Positions 50,859 to 60,403 of a DNA stretch of 64,000 nucleotides are shown piece by piece (positions within the stretch are counted from its first letter, which is position 1; each line of letters opens with the position of its first letter). This stretch comes from a virus, in the IMG/VR virus record IMGVR_UViG_3300032246_001967, positions 64,325 through 128,324 of that record; one strand, written 5' to 3'. The position numbers and the translations under genes are program-made. A model generated the notes under the pieces. That model saw only the letters and a list, made by a program, of their open reading frames with translations. It did not search any database and was not told the origin of the DNA.

Positions 50859-52213
50859 TTAAATTAGTTATATTTGATTTAGATGGAGTTTTAGTTGAAG
50901 CTAAAAATATTCATTTTGAAGCTTTTAATAAAGCATTAGGTGAATATGCTATTAGTTGGGATGAACATTTATCTATTTACGATGGATTAAAAACAAACCA
51001 AAAATTAGATATGCTTCATGAACGTAAGGGTTTACCTAAAGAATACTTTACTAGTATTTGGAACAATAAACAAAAATATACTTTAGAAGCATTAACTAAT
51101 CTAGAAAAGGATGAAAATTTATATTCAACAATTCAAAATTTATCTTTAGATGGTTATAAATTAGCTGTATGTTCTAATAGCATACGTAAAACTATTTTAA
51201 CAGTATTATCTAAATTAGGTATTATTGAATTTTTTGATTTAATATTATCAAATGAGGATGTAAAAAATAGCAAACCACACCCTGAAATCTATTGGAAAGC
51301 AATATCAGAAATGAGTTGTTTACCTGAAGAAACATTAATTGTTGAGGATTCACCTTATGGACTATTATCTGCCTCTAGATCAAAATCCCATATACTTAGA
51401 GTAGGTTCCCCAAAAGAAGTTACTTATATTAACATAAAGAATAAAATTAATACTATTAAAGAAAATTATAATATGAAGTCACCTGCTTGGAGAGATGAAA
51501 AATTAAATGTACTTATTCCTATGGCTGGAGCCGGTTCTAGATTTGAACAAGCTGGTTATACATTTCCTAAACCACTTATTGAGGTTAGGAATAAACCAAT
51601 GATTCAAGTTGTAGTAGATAATTTAAATATCAAAGCAAACTATATCTATATTGTCCAGAAAAAACATCGTGAAAAATATAATCTAGATACATTACTCAAT
51701 TTAATTACACCAAACTGTAAAATAGTAGAAGTAGATGGTTTAACCGAAGGAGCAGCTTGTACCGCGTTATTGGCTAAGGAATTTATTGATAACGATGCTC
51801 CTTTATTTTTCGCCAATTCAGATCAATTTGTAGAATGGGATTCAAATGAATTTATGTACAAAATGAATGAAACAAATGCTGATGGAGGTATTGTTACATT
51901 TGAAGCAACTCACCCAAAATGGTCATTCGCTAAAGTAGATGAAAAAGGTTTAGTGACAGAAGTAGCTGAAAAAAATCCAATTTCTAATATTGCTACTGTT
52001 GGTTATTATTATTGGAAACATGGTTCTGATTTTGTAAAATATGCTGAACAAATGATTGATAAAAATATTAGGGTAAATAATGAGTTTTATGTTTGTCCTG
52101 TGTTTAATGAAGCTATTGGGGATGCTAAAGAAATTAGAATGTTTAATGTAGAGGGAATGTGGGGACTAGGTACACCTGAGGATTTAAAATATTATTTAGA
52201 AAACTACAAATGA
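50855..52213 (+). CDS. HAD phosphatase fused to sugar nucleotidyltransferase
   Basis: FDLDGVL, KPHP, VEDS; then IPMAGAGSRF...PKPLI, GLGTPEDL. Confidence 0.88.
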   Translation: MIKLVIFDLDGVLVEAKNIHFEAFNKALGEYAISWDEHLSIYDGLKTNQKLDMLHERKGLPKEYFTSIWNNKQKYTLEALTNLEKDENLYSTIQNLSLDGYKLAVCSNSIRKTILTVLSKLGIIEFFDLILSNEDVKNSKPHPEIYWKAISEMSCLPEETLIVEDSPYGLLSASRSKSHILRVGSPKEVTYINIKNKINTIKENYNMKSPAWRDEKLNVLIPMAGAGSRFEQAGYTFPKPLIEVRNKPMIQVVVDNLNIKANYIYIVQKKHREKYNLDTLLNLITPNCKIVEVDGLTEGAACTALLAKEFIDNDAPLFFANSDQFVEWDSNEFMYKMNETNADGGIVTFEATHPKWSFAKVDEKGLVTEVAEKNPISNIATVGYYYWKHGSDFVKYAEQMIDKNIRVNNEFYVCPVFNEAIGDAKEIRMFNVEGMWGLGTPEDLKYYLENYK

Positions 52214-52635
52214 TTAAGATATCACATAGAGGAAACATTAATGGTCGAATAGAAGAAGCCGAAAATAGACCAGACTATATTGAAGATACTTTAAGATTAG
52301 GATACGATGTTGAAGTTGATGTTTGGTATTTAGATAATAAATTTTATTTAGGACACGATGAAGCTTTGTATGCTACCGATAAAATATTTTTAAGTAATCC
52401 TCATTTATGGGTACATTGTAAAAATGTAGATGCTATTTTAGCTTTAAAACATAGTAAGGTACATTATTTTTGGCATGAAAATGATACAATTGCTTTAACA
52501 TCATTAGGATTTATATGGACTTATCCTGGTAAACAACCTATTAAAAATAGTATAGCAGTTATGCCTGAGTTGTATAATGATAATTTAAGTTTTTGTATAG
52601 GTATTTGTTCAGATTATATCCAAAACTATAAATAA
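52210..52635 (+). CDS. PLC-like/glycerophosphodiester phosphodiesterase-like protein
   Basis: ISHRGN...EN...VEVDV...GHD...ICSDY. Confidence 0.7.
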   Translation: MIKISHRGNINGRIEEAENRPDYIEDTLRLGYDVEVDVWYLDNKFYLGHDEALYATDKIFLSNPHLWVHCKNVDAILALKHSKVHYFWHENDTIALTSLGFIWTYPGKQPIKNSIAVMPELYNDNLSFCIGICSDYIQNYK

Positions 52636-53322
52636 ATGCAAGGAATAGTTATACAAGGACCTCTTACTTTTTATAAAGAAATAGTGGAATGCTATAAACA
52701 CGTTCCTAATATTGTTATTTCAACTTGGGATGATGAAAATATAGAACGTATTAATTATATTAAAAATAATAATATTCCAATAGTACTCTCAACAAAACCA
52801 ACAAATCCAGGACATTTAAATATTAATATGCAAACAATTTCAACAATGGGGGGTATACATTATCTAGAACAAACAAAAGTTACAGAAATACTTAAAATCA
52901 GAACAGATGTTATAACCACAAATATAGACAAATTATTAAGTATATTAAAAAATAAATCATTAGCATTTTTAGCTATATGTAAATTAAATGCTAGACCCTT
53001 ATATTATGAATTAGAATATAATCATTATAGTTTTGACTTTCCTATTAACTTTATGGAATATGGAAGTCTAGAAAATATAAAAAATTTATTTAATTTTACA
53101 ATAGAAGATGATATACCTATCCCTCCTGAATCTTTAATATCATATAATTATTTTAAATCAAATAATTTAGAATTTAAACTTGATTATAATTATTTTTTAC
53201 AAAATAATATTTATTTTTATTTAAATGATTGTATTCAACATAATATTGATTTTTTATGGCTAAAAAGAAATTCACAAAGCATTATAAAAATGCATAAAGA
53301 TAAAACATTATATAATTATTAA
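52636..53322 (+). CDS. WavE-like polysaccharide synthesis protein
   Basis: IVIQGP, ISTW, NINMQ..ST..G, KIRTD. Confidence 0.65.
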   Translation: MQGIVIQGPLTFYKEIVECYKHVPNIVISTWDDENIERINYIKNNNIPIVLSTKPTNPGHLNINMQTISTMGGIHYLEQTKVTEILKIRTDVITTNIDKLLSILKNKSLAFLAICKLNARPLYYELEYNHYSFDFPINFMEYGSLENIKNLFNFTIEDDIPIPPESLISYNYFKSNNLEFKLDYNYFLQNNIYFYLNDCIQHNIDFLWLKRNSQSIIKMHKDKTLYNY

Positions 53323-53335
53323 AATATTAATCAAA

Positions 53336-54361
53336 ATGAACACACTATTTACATTCCAGAAATTCCCCAAGAGTATATGTTCTCAAGATACTCCATTAAG
53401 TGATAATGAACAACTAATTGAAGCCAATATTGTAGAATATGAGGATGGATCTATTCATTTTTTACCATATATTGATCCTAAAGAAATATATCTAAACCAA
53501 CATAATAATTGTGTAGGAGAAATATGGAAGCAACATTATATAGAATTTTCAAATTTTGTTTCTAAATATGAAAAACAAAATATAGTTGAAATAGCTGGAG
53601 GAAATGGTAATATATTTTTAAATTTTAAAGAAAATAATCCTAACTATAAAAGTTGGAAAATTATTGATATTAATCCTACATCTAATTATGAGGGAGATGA
53701 TAGAGTAAATGTAATTAAAGGTTTTTATGAACCTAGTTTTGTAAATAGTAATGAAGTTGTTATAAGTTCTCATTTTGTTGAACATGTTTTTGATTTAGAA
53801 ATATTTTTAAAAGAATTATCTAATAGAAATCCTAAATATCATATTTTTTCATTACCTAATTTTAAGTCTTTCTCTTCCAAGAATTATACTGCTACTATAA
53901 TGTTCGAACATCCTAATTATTTACCTGAGGATTACTTAGAATTTATTTTAGATAAAAATGGATGGGAAATAGTTGATAAATATTATTATAAAGAACATTC
54001 TATTTTTTATGTAACTCAACCTACAACTATTAAAAATACTATTCTCAAATTTAATAATAAATCAGACATTATTAATATGATTAATTATATAAAAAACAGA
54101 GTTGAAGATATTAAAGACAAAAAATTTTATGTATTTGGAGCTCATTTAACTTACTACTATTTATTAAATTTAGGTATTAAAGAAGAACAAATAATAGCTG
54201 TAGTAGATAATGATTCTAAAAAGCAAAATAAAAGAATGTATGGTACAAATACTAAAATTATATCATCATTAGATTTACCTACAAATGCTGATGTATTTTT
54301 AGAAATGGGTCCTTATAATGAAGAAATTAAAAAGTCAATAAGTAATGTTAATTTTATATAA
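53336..54361 (+). CDS. SAM-dependent (sugar C-)methyltransferase-like protein
   Basis: VEIAGGNG, SHFVEH, FEH, VFGA, VDND..KQ. Confidence 0.7.
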   Translation: MNTLFTFQKFPKSICSQDTPLSDNEQLIEANIVEYEDGSIHFLPYIDPKEIYLNQHNNCVGEIWKQHYIEFSNFVSKYEKQNIVEIAGGNGNIFLNFKENNPNYKSWKIIDINPTSNYEGDDRVNVIKGFYEPSFVNSNEVVISSHFVEHVFDLEIFLKELSNRNPKYHIFSLPNFKSFSSKNYTATIMFEHPNYLPEDYLEFILDKNGWEIVDKYYYKEHSIFYVTQPTTIKNTILKFNNKSDIINMINYIKNRVEDIKDKKFYVFGAHLTYYYLLNLGIKEEQIIAVVDNDSKKQNKRMYGTNTKIISSLDLPTNADVFLEMGPYNEEIKKSISNVNFI

Positions 54362-54363
54362 TT

Positions 54364-55275
54364 ATGATATCACTTATTATACCAACAAATAAAACAAACT
54401 CAAACTATACTAAAAATTTAGTAAATAATATTAGAGAAATTTATCCGGATGAAACCCAAGTTGAAATTATAGTATCAGAAGATGATACAGTAACTATGGG
54501 GGTAAATTATAACAATGCTGTAGCTAGAGCTAATGGTGAAAAAATTATATTGCTTCACAATGATATGGTTATTAAACCTGGTTTTGTGGAACAAATGGAT
54601 AAAGATATTGTTAAAGGAAGAATCACAGCATACACTAGAGTAGAACCACCAATTTATCCAGATACTTATACTGGTAAAGTTATTCTAGATTGTGGTACAT
54701 CATTAGAAACATTTAATAAAGATAAATTCTTAAATTTTGATATTGAAGAGGGACTTACTGATGGAGGTGCTCAGCTATTCTTTGGATGTATGAAAGAAGA
54801 TTATTTAGGTATTGATGGATATACTTTTAAATTATTCTGTGAAGATGATGATTTACATTTGAGACATAAAATAGCAGGATTTGAACAAAAAGTAAGTTCA
54901 GCGCATGTTTATCATTTTGTAAGTAAAACATCTAGAGCTGGAAGTTATCAAGAAATTGAACAACAATCAAATATAAACTTTATTAAAAAATGGGGTTTTA
55001 GAAACTCAATCCATAATGTTGTTTATAATAAAAAAATTATTGTAAATAATGATACTCAAAATATAAAAAATATTTTAGATATGTGGTTCAATGATGGAGA
55101 GGATATAATTGTTGAAGTTGATGGTAATACTTTTACTCAACAAGATTATAGTTACATTCAACAACTAAATGATATTATAAAAGAAACTAATGACATTGGA
55201 GTTTTTGAAATAGGAAATTTAAAGATAACAGTAAATAATTTAAACGAGCAACAATTTAAATATGTAGAATTATGA
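54364..55275 (+). CDS. Glycosyltransferase family 2
   Basis: SLIIP, LHNDM, EDDDL, HFVSKTSR. Confidence 0.8.
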   Translation: MISLIIPTNKTNSNYTKNLVNNIREIYPDETQVEIIVSEDDTVTMGVNYNNAVARANGEKIILLHNDMVIKPGFVEQMDKDIVKGRITAYTRVEPPIYPDTYTGKVILDCGTSLETFNKDKFLNFDIEEGLTDGGAQLFFGCMKEDYLGIDGYTFKLFCEDDDLHLRHKIAGFEQKVSSAHVYHFVSKTSRAGSYQEIEQQSNINFIKKWGFRNSIHNVVYNKKIIVNNDTQNIKNILDMWFNDGEDIIVEVDGNTFTQQDYSYIQQLNDIIKETNDIGVFEIGNLKITVNNLNEQQFKYVEL

Positions 55276-55430
55276 TATTTGGATTTTATAATAGAAATGA
55301 CATTAATGAAGAACTAATTAGTCGTACAATGTCAAAATCAAGACTTAATGCAGCTAAATATTTTGCTGAAAGAAAACAACTTCCATTAAAAGAGTTCCTA
55401 AAAATATTTGGAGTAAAAACAATTATATGA
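55272..55430 (+). CDS. Small hypothetical protein (52 aa, not in ORF track)
   Basis: ATGA overlaps on both sides. Confidence 0.5.
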   Translation: MIFGFYNRNDINEELISRTMSKSRLNAAKYFAERKQLPLKEFLKIFGVKTII

Positions 55431-55813
55431 ATTTAAAAAACTTTGGTAAAAATTTAAATATAAAACAAAAGAATCCACCATCATCAAATAATAGTAAAGC
55501 ATTTTTTATAGATGTTGTAACACTATTTGATGCTGTTTGTCAGCGTACTGCTGAAATGGATAGTTTTGGTATTAATATGGAAACGTATGATGATGCGTTT
55601 TTTATTTTAATTGAAAATTTAATCTTAAAACAATATGGTGAATGGAAAACAGAATTAGTTTTATGGTATGTTTATGATAGGTTTAATGAAAATGAAGAAT
55701 TAATGCCTGTAAACATTCAAGAAGAAGGTAAAGAAGAAGAAGAAGTGTTTGTTGAAGATCCTGAACAATTATGGAACTTAATTAAACGAATAGAAAAAAC
55801 ATCAAAAAAATAA
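55427..55813 (+). CDS. Hypothetical protein
   Basis: 128 aa ORF. Confidence 0.55.
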   Translation: MNLKNFGKNLNIKQKNPPSSNNSKAFFIDVVTLFDAVCQRTAEMDSFGINMETYDDAFFILIENLILKQYGEWKTELVLWYVYDRFNENEELMPVNIQEEGKEEEEVFVEDPEQLWNLIKRIEKTSKK

Positions 55814-55832
55814 AAGTTATATATTTAGAGTT

Positions 55833-56123
55833 ATGAATTGTGTAAAATGCGGGGAACAAATCCCCGAAGGTAGATTAAAAGCACTACCAACAGCTAAAAC
55901 ATGTGTTAATTGTTCTAGCGTACAGAAAAAAGGAACAGTAACCTTAATGAAAGGTGAAGGTGACCATACTTGGATCGAGACTATTCATTTAGATCATGAA
56001 GATTATAAAGCATATATGGAAGCTGAAAATCGATTAAGAAAAGGTGGACCATTATTATTTGACGAACCAGAAGAAAAAAATGTACCTTATGGTTTCCGTG
56101 AAGTAAAACCTGATGAAGAATAA
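55833..56123 (+). CDS. TraR/DksA-type C4 zinc finger protein
   Basis: CVKCGEQIPEGRLKALPTAKTCVNC. Confidence 0.75.
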   Translation: MNCVKCGEQIPEGRLKALPTAKTCVNCSSVQKKGTVTLMKGEGDHTWIETIHLDHEDYKAYMEAENRLRKGGPLLFDEPEEKNVPYGFREVKPDEE

Positions 56124-56770
56124 TGCCTAAAGCTAGACCATTAAGTAAAAACGAGATACTAAACGCAATGGATAAAACTAAATCCGTTCGTGGTGCTGCT
56201 CGTTACTTAAACTGTTCATACCAACATTTAAAAAAGTGGATGTTATTTTATAAAGATGAATCCACAGGACAAACATTGATGGAAATGCATAAAAACCCAT
56301 CCGGTAAAGGCATTCCAAAGTTCCTAAGCAACTCTCCATTCGGCAGAAAAGAACCTGCTATTTTAGATATCATAAATGGAGTAGTTGACCCTTCAAATTT
56401 TAACCCCCAGAAAATCAAATACCGAATGATTGAAGGGGGTTATTTGAAGGAGGAATGTTACAAATGTGGTTTCCATGAACGTAGAGTATTAGATTATAAA
56501 ATGCCTTTATTGATGCATTTTAAAAATGGTAACAAACAAAACTATACTCTTGAGAATGTAGAAATGTTATGCTATAATTGTTATTATCTTTCAGTAGGAG
56601 AATTATTTACTGATAAACAAATTGAAGGTATAGAAGATCATAAACCGACTCATAATACTCATGTTGATTGGGAAGTGGATGATTATACTTTAGAGCGTTT
56701 TAAAGAATTAGGTTTATATGAATCCAAACCGTTGGATGATGACCCTTATGATTTAGTATCCAAACTGTAA
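56123..56770 (+). CDS. HTH plus HNH-like protein
   Basis: N-terminal SVRGAARYLNCS; CYKC...HFKNGN..N...ENVEMLCYNC. Confidence 0.65.
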   Translation: MPKARPLSKNEILNAMDKTKSVRGAARYLNCSYQHLKKWMLFYKDESTGQTLMEMHKNPSGKGIPKFLSNSPFGRKEPAILDIINGVVDPSNFNPQKIKYRMIEGGYLKEECYKCGFHERRVLDYKMPLLMHFKNGNKQNYTLENVEMLCYNCYYLSVGELFTDKQIEGIEDHKPTHNTHVDWEVDDYTLERFKELGLYESKPLDDDPYDLVSKL

Positions 56771-56782
56771 ATATTTATTATT

Positions 56783-56938
56783 GTGAAAAAGAAAAAACAT
56801 GATAAGTTAGTTAGAGATTATGACAGACAAAAAGAACGTCATTTGGAAAAACTTGCTACAGAAAGCTTGAAAAACCAAGAAAAATTAGCTAACTTAAAAA
56901 GTAAATATATTAATACAGATTTTTTAAATTTATTCTAA
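56783..56938 (+). CDS. Small hypothetical protein (51 aa, GTG start, not in ORF track)
   Basis: Follows TATTTATT and fills the gap. Confidence 0.45.
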   Translation: MKKKKHDKLVRDYDRQKERHLEKLATESLKNQEKLANLKSKYINTDFLNLF

Positions 56939-56940
56939 TT

Positions 56941-57246
56941 ATGGCAGGAGAAATTACAGTCAATAACTATGACGAGTTCCAAGAAATGGCAGACAATAAA
57001 GACTTTAGAATAGCTAAAGCAATTGTAGAATCTATTCTTGATAACATAACTACCAAAAAACGCAATATTCATATACTATCAGTAGCTTGTGTTGAAGATA
57101 ATGCTGTATATGATTTAACTTTAGATAGAAAGTTTTTTGTTGATACGTTAGAGGAAAACCTTAAATACTATATTGAAAAAGAACAATATGAACAATGTCA
57201 AAAAATTGTTGACGCTATAAATAAACTAAAAGAGAAATCCAAATAA
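56941..57246 (+). CDS. Hypothetical protein with C-terminal UVR-like motif
   Basis: EKEQYEQCQKIVDAINKL. Confidence 0.55.
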   Translation: MAGEITVNNYDEFQEMADNKDFRIAKAIVESILDNITTKKRNIHILSVACVEDNAVYDLTLDRKFFVDTLEENLKYYIEKEQYEQCQKIVDAINKLKEKSK

Positions 57247-57295
57247 GTTTGGTTTTCCAAGTTTTATTTATTATATTAAAAAACAAAAATAAGTT

Positions 57296-57613
57296 ATGAA
57301 AAATTTGATCACGGAAGAATTCAAGGAGAAATTCAAACTAGCGTTTACTCGCTTTATGAACATTACCATTGTTGCCTCAACTTTGATTGCTGGTTTTGGT
57401 TTAGGTTACTACTTTCAGGAACTAAAAATGAAACCTAAAGCAGTAAATGAAACTATTTTAAATAAAGAAGTTAGAATCGCTATCGATTCTGAAGACAAAT
57501 TGATCATCATGGACCGCAAAACAGGAGGCTATACTATTTATTCTGATTCTATTGGTAGAATTGTTTTTAAAATGTATGCTTCTAAGATTGCTAGTCCTGT
57601 AACAACTAAATAA
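57296..57613 (+). CDS. Single-pass membrane protein
   Basis: Hydrophobic ITIVASTLIAGFGLGYYF. Confidence 0.6.
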   Translation: MKNLITEEFKEKFKLAFTRFMNITIVASTLIAGFGLGYYFQELKMKPKAVNETILNKEVRIAIDSEDKLIIMDRKTGGYTIYSDSIGRIVFKMYASKIASPVTTK

Positions 57614-57615
57614 TT

Positions 57616-58149
57616 ATGAGTATTTTTGCTAAATTGAAAAACTGGTATTTAATTATTGTCCTAGGAGTTATCGGGGCAATGTATTATAATATCAATCAAA
57701 GATTAGATTACTTTGAAGAGCGTTTAGATTTAGCAGATGGAACTATTTCACTCCAGATGTATGAATCAATAGAACACTGGAGTGATAGTTTCAAAATACC
57801 TAAACATATCGCTTATAATGTTGCTTATCTAGAAACTCGTTATCAAGGTCCGTTTCATTTTAACTACGACCCATATAAAAAATCATCAGCAGGCGCTGTA
57901 GGACCTATGCAAATCATCACAAGATGGGCTCATAAGTATGCTGGTCGGCGTGTAACTGAAAAAGAATTAAAAACAAATATTGATCTAAACGTAATGGTTA
58001 GTATGAAAATGTTACGTGCTAGATATAATACTACTAAAAATTGGGCCACAGCTTGTGGTGGGTATAATACAGGTAGATCTATAGTGAATAGTTATGCTGA
58101 GTATGCTGTTTCAAATAAAGATTATAAATCTAAATGGGAAAGACTTTAA
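57616..58149 (+). CDS. Lytic transglycosylase (SLT domain) with N-terminal membrane anchor
   Basis: LET, SSAGAVGPMQI, YNTG; N-terminal hydrophobic helix. Confidence 0.85.
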   Translation: MSIFAKLKNWYLIIVLGVIGAMYYNINQRLDYFEERLDLADGTISLQMYESIEHWSDSFKIPKHIAYNVAYLETRYQGPFHFNYDPYKKSSAGAVGPMQIITRWAHKYAGRRVTEKELKTNIDLNVMVSMKMLRARYNTTKNWATACGGYNTGRSIVNSYAEYAVSNKDYKSKWERL

Positions 58150-58173
58150 AATTAAAGCCATGTATTTATAAGC

Positions 58174-58329
58174 ATGGCAGCAGCAAAATCTAAAAAAACA
58201 TCAATAAGCGCTTCATCGCTTTACAAAGAAAAACCTAAAAAATCTAGAAAAGGTATTCATGCAAAAACTAAAATGAGTAAAAACAAAAACTCTAAAAACT
58301 ATGTTAAGGTAAGTGTAGGACAAGGATAA
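58174..58329 (+). CDS. Small very basic protein ending GQG (51 aa, not in ORF track)
   Basis: MAAAKSKK...KGIHAKTKMSKNKNSKNYVKVSVGQG; TATTTATA 3 nt upstream. Confidence 0.65.
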   Translation: MAAAKSKKTSISASSLYKEKPKKSRKGIHAKTKMSKNKNSKNYVKVSVGQG

Positions 58330-58332
58330 ATT

Positions 58333-58467
58333 ATGGATACAGTTACTAAAAAATATGTTCCTCATTCTTTACCTAAGCGTTATAAGAAAAGTAGAGTTTC
58401 AAGTAAAAAATTTAACAAACGTATAAAAGAAAATAATGAAGTTTTAAACAAAGCAAAAAATTTATGA
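58333..58467 (+). CDS. Small basic protein (44 aa, not in ORF track)
   Basis: MDTVTKKYVPHSLPKRYKK... Confidence 0.45.
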   Translation: MDTVTKKYVPHSLPKRYKKSRVSSKKFNKRIKENNEVLNKAKNL

Positions 58468-58601
58468 GTAAAACAAGCAACAATCAAAAACTAGAGGTTT
58501 TAAAAATTTGGTTAGACGATCTAAAGAAAAATCAAAAAACTAGAAAACAACAACAACGTAAAGCATCCAAGTGGTTAGAAGAACTTGAGGATGAAAACTA
58601 G
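58464..58601 (+). CDS. Small protein (45 aa, not in ORF track)
   Basis: MSKTSNNQKLEVLKIWL...; ATGA overlap. Confidence 0.45.
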   Translation: MSKTSNNQKLEVLKIWLDDLKKNQKTRKQQQRKASKWLEELEDEN

Positions 58602-58737
58602 TGGATCAGTCATAGCATTCTTTGAAAGTATGTCTGATGAAGTATTGCTAAAATTAGCAATACATGATCCAGAAACACTACATCGTTTATGTATTGCTCT
58701 TACCTTAGATGTACAACTTTATAATGAATCTTTATAG
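58591..58737 (+). CDS. Small protein (48 aa, not in ORF track)
   Basis: MKTSGSVIAFFESMSDE...; ends at the terminator. Confidence 0.45.
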   Translation: MKTSGSVIAFFESMSDEVLLKLAIHDPETLHRLCIALTLDVQLYNESL

Positions 58738-58770
58738 GGGTTTGGCTTCGCCAAACCCTTTTGTTATATT
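58738..58770 (+). terminator. Intrinsic terminator overlapping a TTGG-N19-TATATT promoter
   Basis: GGGTTTGGC-ttc-GCCAAACCC followed by TTTTG. Confidence 0.8.
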
Positions 58771-58795
58771 TATAGCATAATAAGAAATTAAGGTT

Positions 58796-59272
58796 ATGGC
58801 ATTACATAGAGTAATAGAAAAACACAAAATTGTTCTTTTAGGACAAGAAATTACTTACACTAACAAATATATTAAGTACACTAAAGGTACTAGTTATGGA
58901 TTCACTCCTCAATCAGGTTTAATTAGTTATTCATCTCAAATATTCAAATATGAATTTGAACATCCTTATATGACTCCAGCTTTATATGTTGATTCAAAAG
59001 GTGATAAATTTATTGTACCTGGTTTTAAAAAAGTACACCCAGAAACTACTTTGAATGATATTATAGTTATTAGACCAGCTAAAGAAAAATTAGATCCAGT
59101 AGAAAAAAATAGTTGGAAATTTGAATCATCAAGTGAAAAAGGTTTATTTTATACTGTTAGACAAAATGGTACTAAATTAACTTGTACTTGTAGTGGTATG
59201 TGGAGAGCTAAAGACAAACGTTGTAAACATATTAAAGAAATAGAACAAAAATTGAGTAATGATAACAAATAA
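58796..59272 (+). CDS. SWIM zinc finger protein
   Basis: YTV...CTCSG...CKH. Confidence 0.7.
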   Translation: MALHRVIEKHKIVLLGQEITYTNKYIKYTKGTSYGFTPQSGLISYSSQIFKYEFEHPYMTPALYVDSKGDKFIVPGFKKVHPETTLNDIIVIRPAKEKLDPVEKNSWKFESSSEKGLFYTVRQNGTKLTCTCSGMWRAKDKRCKHIKEIEQKLSNDNK

Positions 59273-59477
59273 ACGTCCTATAAAAGAAAAAATCGAAATC
59301 GATTTGAAAGGTCCTGATGGAAATGCTTTTGTATTATTAGCTACTGCTAAAGACTTAAGTCATAAATTTGGAAAAAATTGGGATGAAGTACATGCTAATA
59401 TGACGGCAGGCGATTATGAATGGTTGATTCAAACTATGGATCATTATTTTGGAGATTATATTATAATGTATAGATAA
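59259..59477 (+). CDS. Hypothetical phage protein
   Basis: IDLKGPDGNAFVLL...GDYE.L. Confidence 0.6.
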   Translation: MITNKRPIKEKIEIDLKGPDGNAFVLLATAKDLSHKFGKNWDEVHANMTAGDYEWLIQTMDHYFGDYIIMYR

Positions 59478-59701
59478 TGGCTAGAGGAAAATTATATGTA
59501 GATGATCCGGTTGTGGTAGTATTTAAAACCTCAAATCGATCAAACGCTCAAACTAAAATGAAAGTATTTAATAACCGTAATGTAGATGAAGTTATTAATA
59601 TCAAATCAAAACTACCAGGTATCCCAGAAAGCGCAGTATGGCTTGAAGTAGGTATAGGTGAAAGTTTTATTCAAAAATACAAATCTAAATACAAATTGTA
59701 A
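59477..59701 (+). CDS. Hypothetical protein
   Basis: 74 aa, TAATG coupling. Confidence 0.55.
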   Translation: MARGKLYVDDPVVVVFKTSNRSNAQTKMKVFNNRNVDEVINIKSKLPGIPESAVWLEVGIGESFIQKYKSKYKL

Positions 59702-59834
59702 ATGATTTAAGGAATTTACATCCTATAACCCCTAAAGAAAACCAATCTAAATCAAACATATTTGGAACTCCAATTCCTCTTTCATATATTTATGATATAG
59801 AACAATATATCAAATCACAATATAAAAATAACAT

Positions 59835-60341
59835 ATGGCAACTAGAGGACAAATAGCTTACTTAGCAGACTCAAATTCAATATTTTCAATTTATATTCAT
59901 TACGATGCTTATCCTGAGCATATAGGTAAAATTTTACCTAAATACTTTAATTCAGACGATCAAGCTCAACAATTAGTAATGGATGGTCCGGATATTAGAT
60001 CTATTGAGGATGATGGAACAGTAGATCGCTTTGATAAAGGTGGAGCTAAACAAATTAACGGAGAAACCCCTGAAGAATTATTTTCTAATTTATATGCTCA
60101 TGCTGATAATAATACAGCAGAATATGTTTATGTTTGGTTAGAAGATAAATGGGTTGAACTTGATGTAGATAAAGGCAGAGAATATTTTGTAGGTACTTTA
60201 CTGGATCAAATTAGAAAAATGGAACCAACTATGGAAGTTAATTCTCATTATGTAACTAATGAAGAAGCAGATGAAGATGCTAAAATGAATGAGGATTATC
60301 AAAAACGTCAGTGGCAACATAGAGCAGGTATTATTAAATAA
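59835..60341 (+). CDS. Hypothetical protein (MATR...SIYIHYDAYP) with C-terminal RAGIIK
   Basis: 168 aa after a composite promoter. Confidence 0.6.
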   Translation: MATRGQIAYLADSNSIFSIYIHYDAYPEHIGKILPKYFNSDDQAQQLVMDGPDIRSIEDDGTVDRFDKGGAKQINGETPEELFSNLYAHADNNTAEYVYVWLEDKWVELDVDKGREYFVGTLLDQIRKMEPTMEVNSHYVTNEEADEDAKMNEDYQKRQWQHRAGIIK

Positions 60342-60363
60342 AAAACAAATTAAATAAAAAAGA

Positions 60364-60397
60364 GGGGTTTGGCTTTGTCAAACCCCTTCATTATATT
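60364..60397 (+). terminator. Hairpin overlapping a TTGG-N19-TATATT promoter
   Basis: GGGGTTTGGC-ttt-GTCAAACCCC, with an A-tract upstream (possibly bidirectional). Confidence 0.7.
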
Positions 60398-60403
60398 AAC
60401 GAT

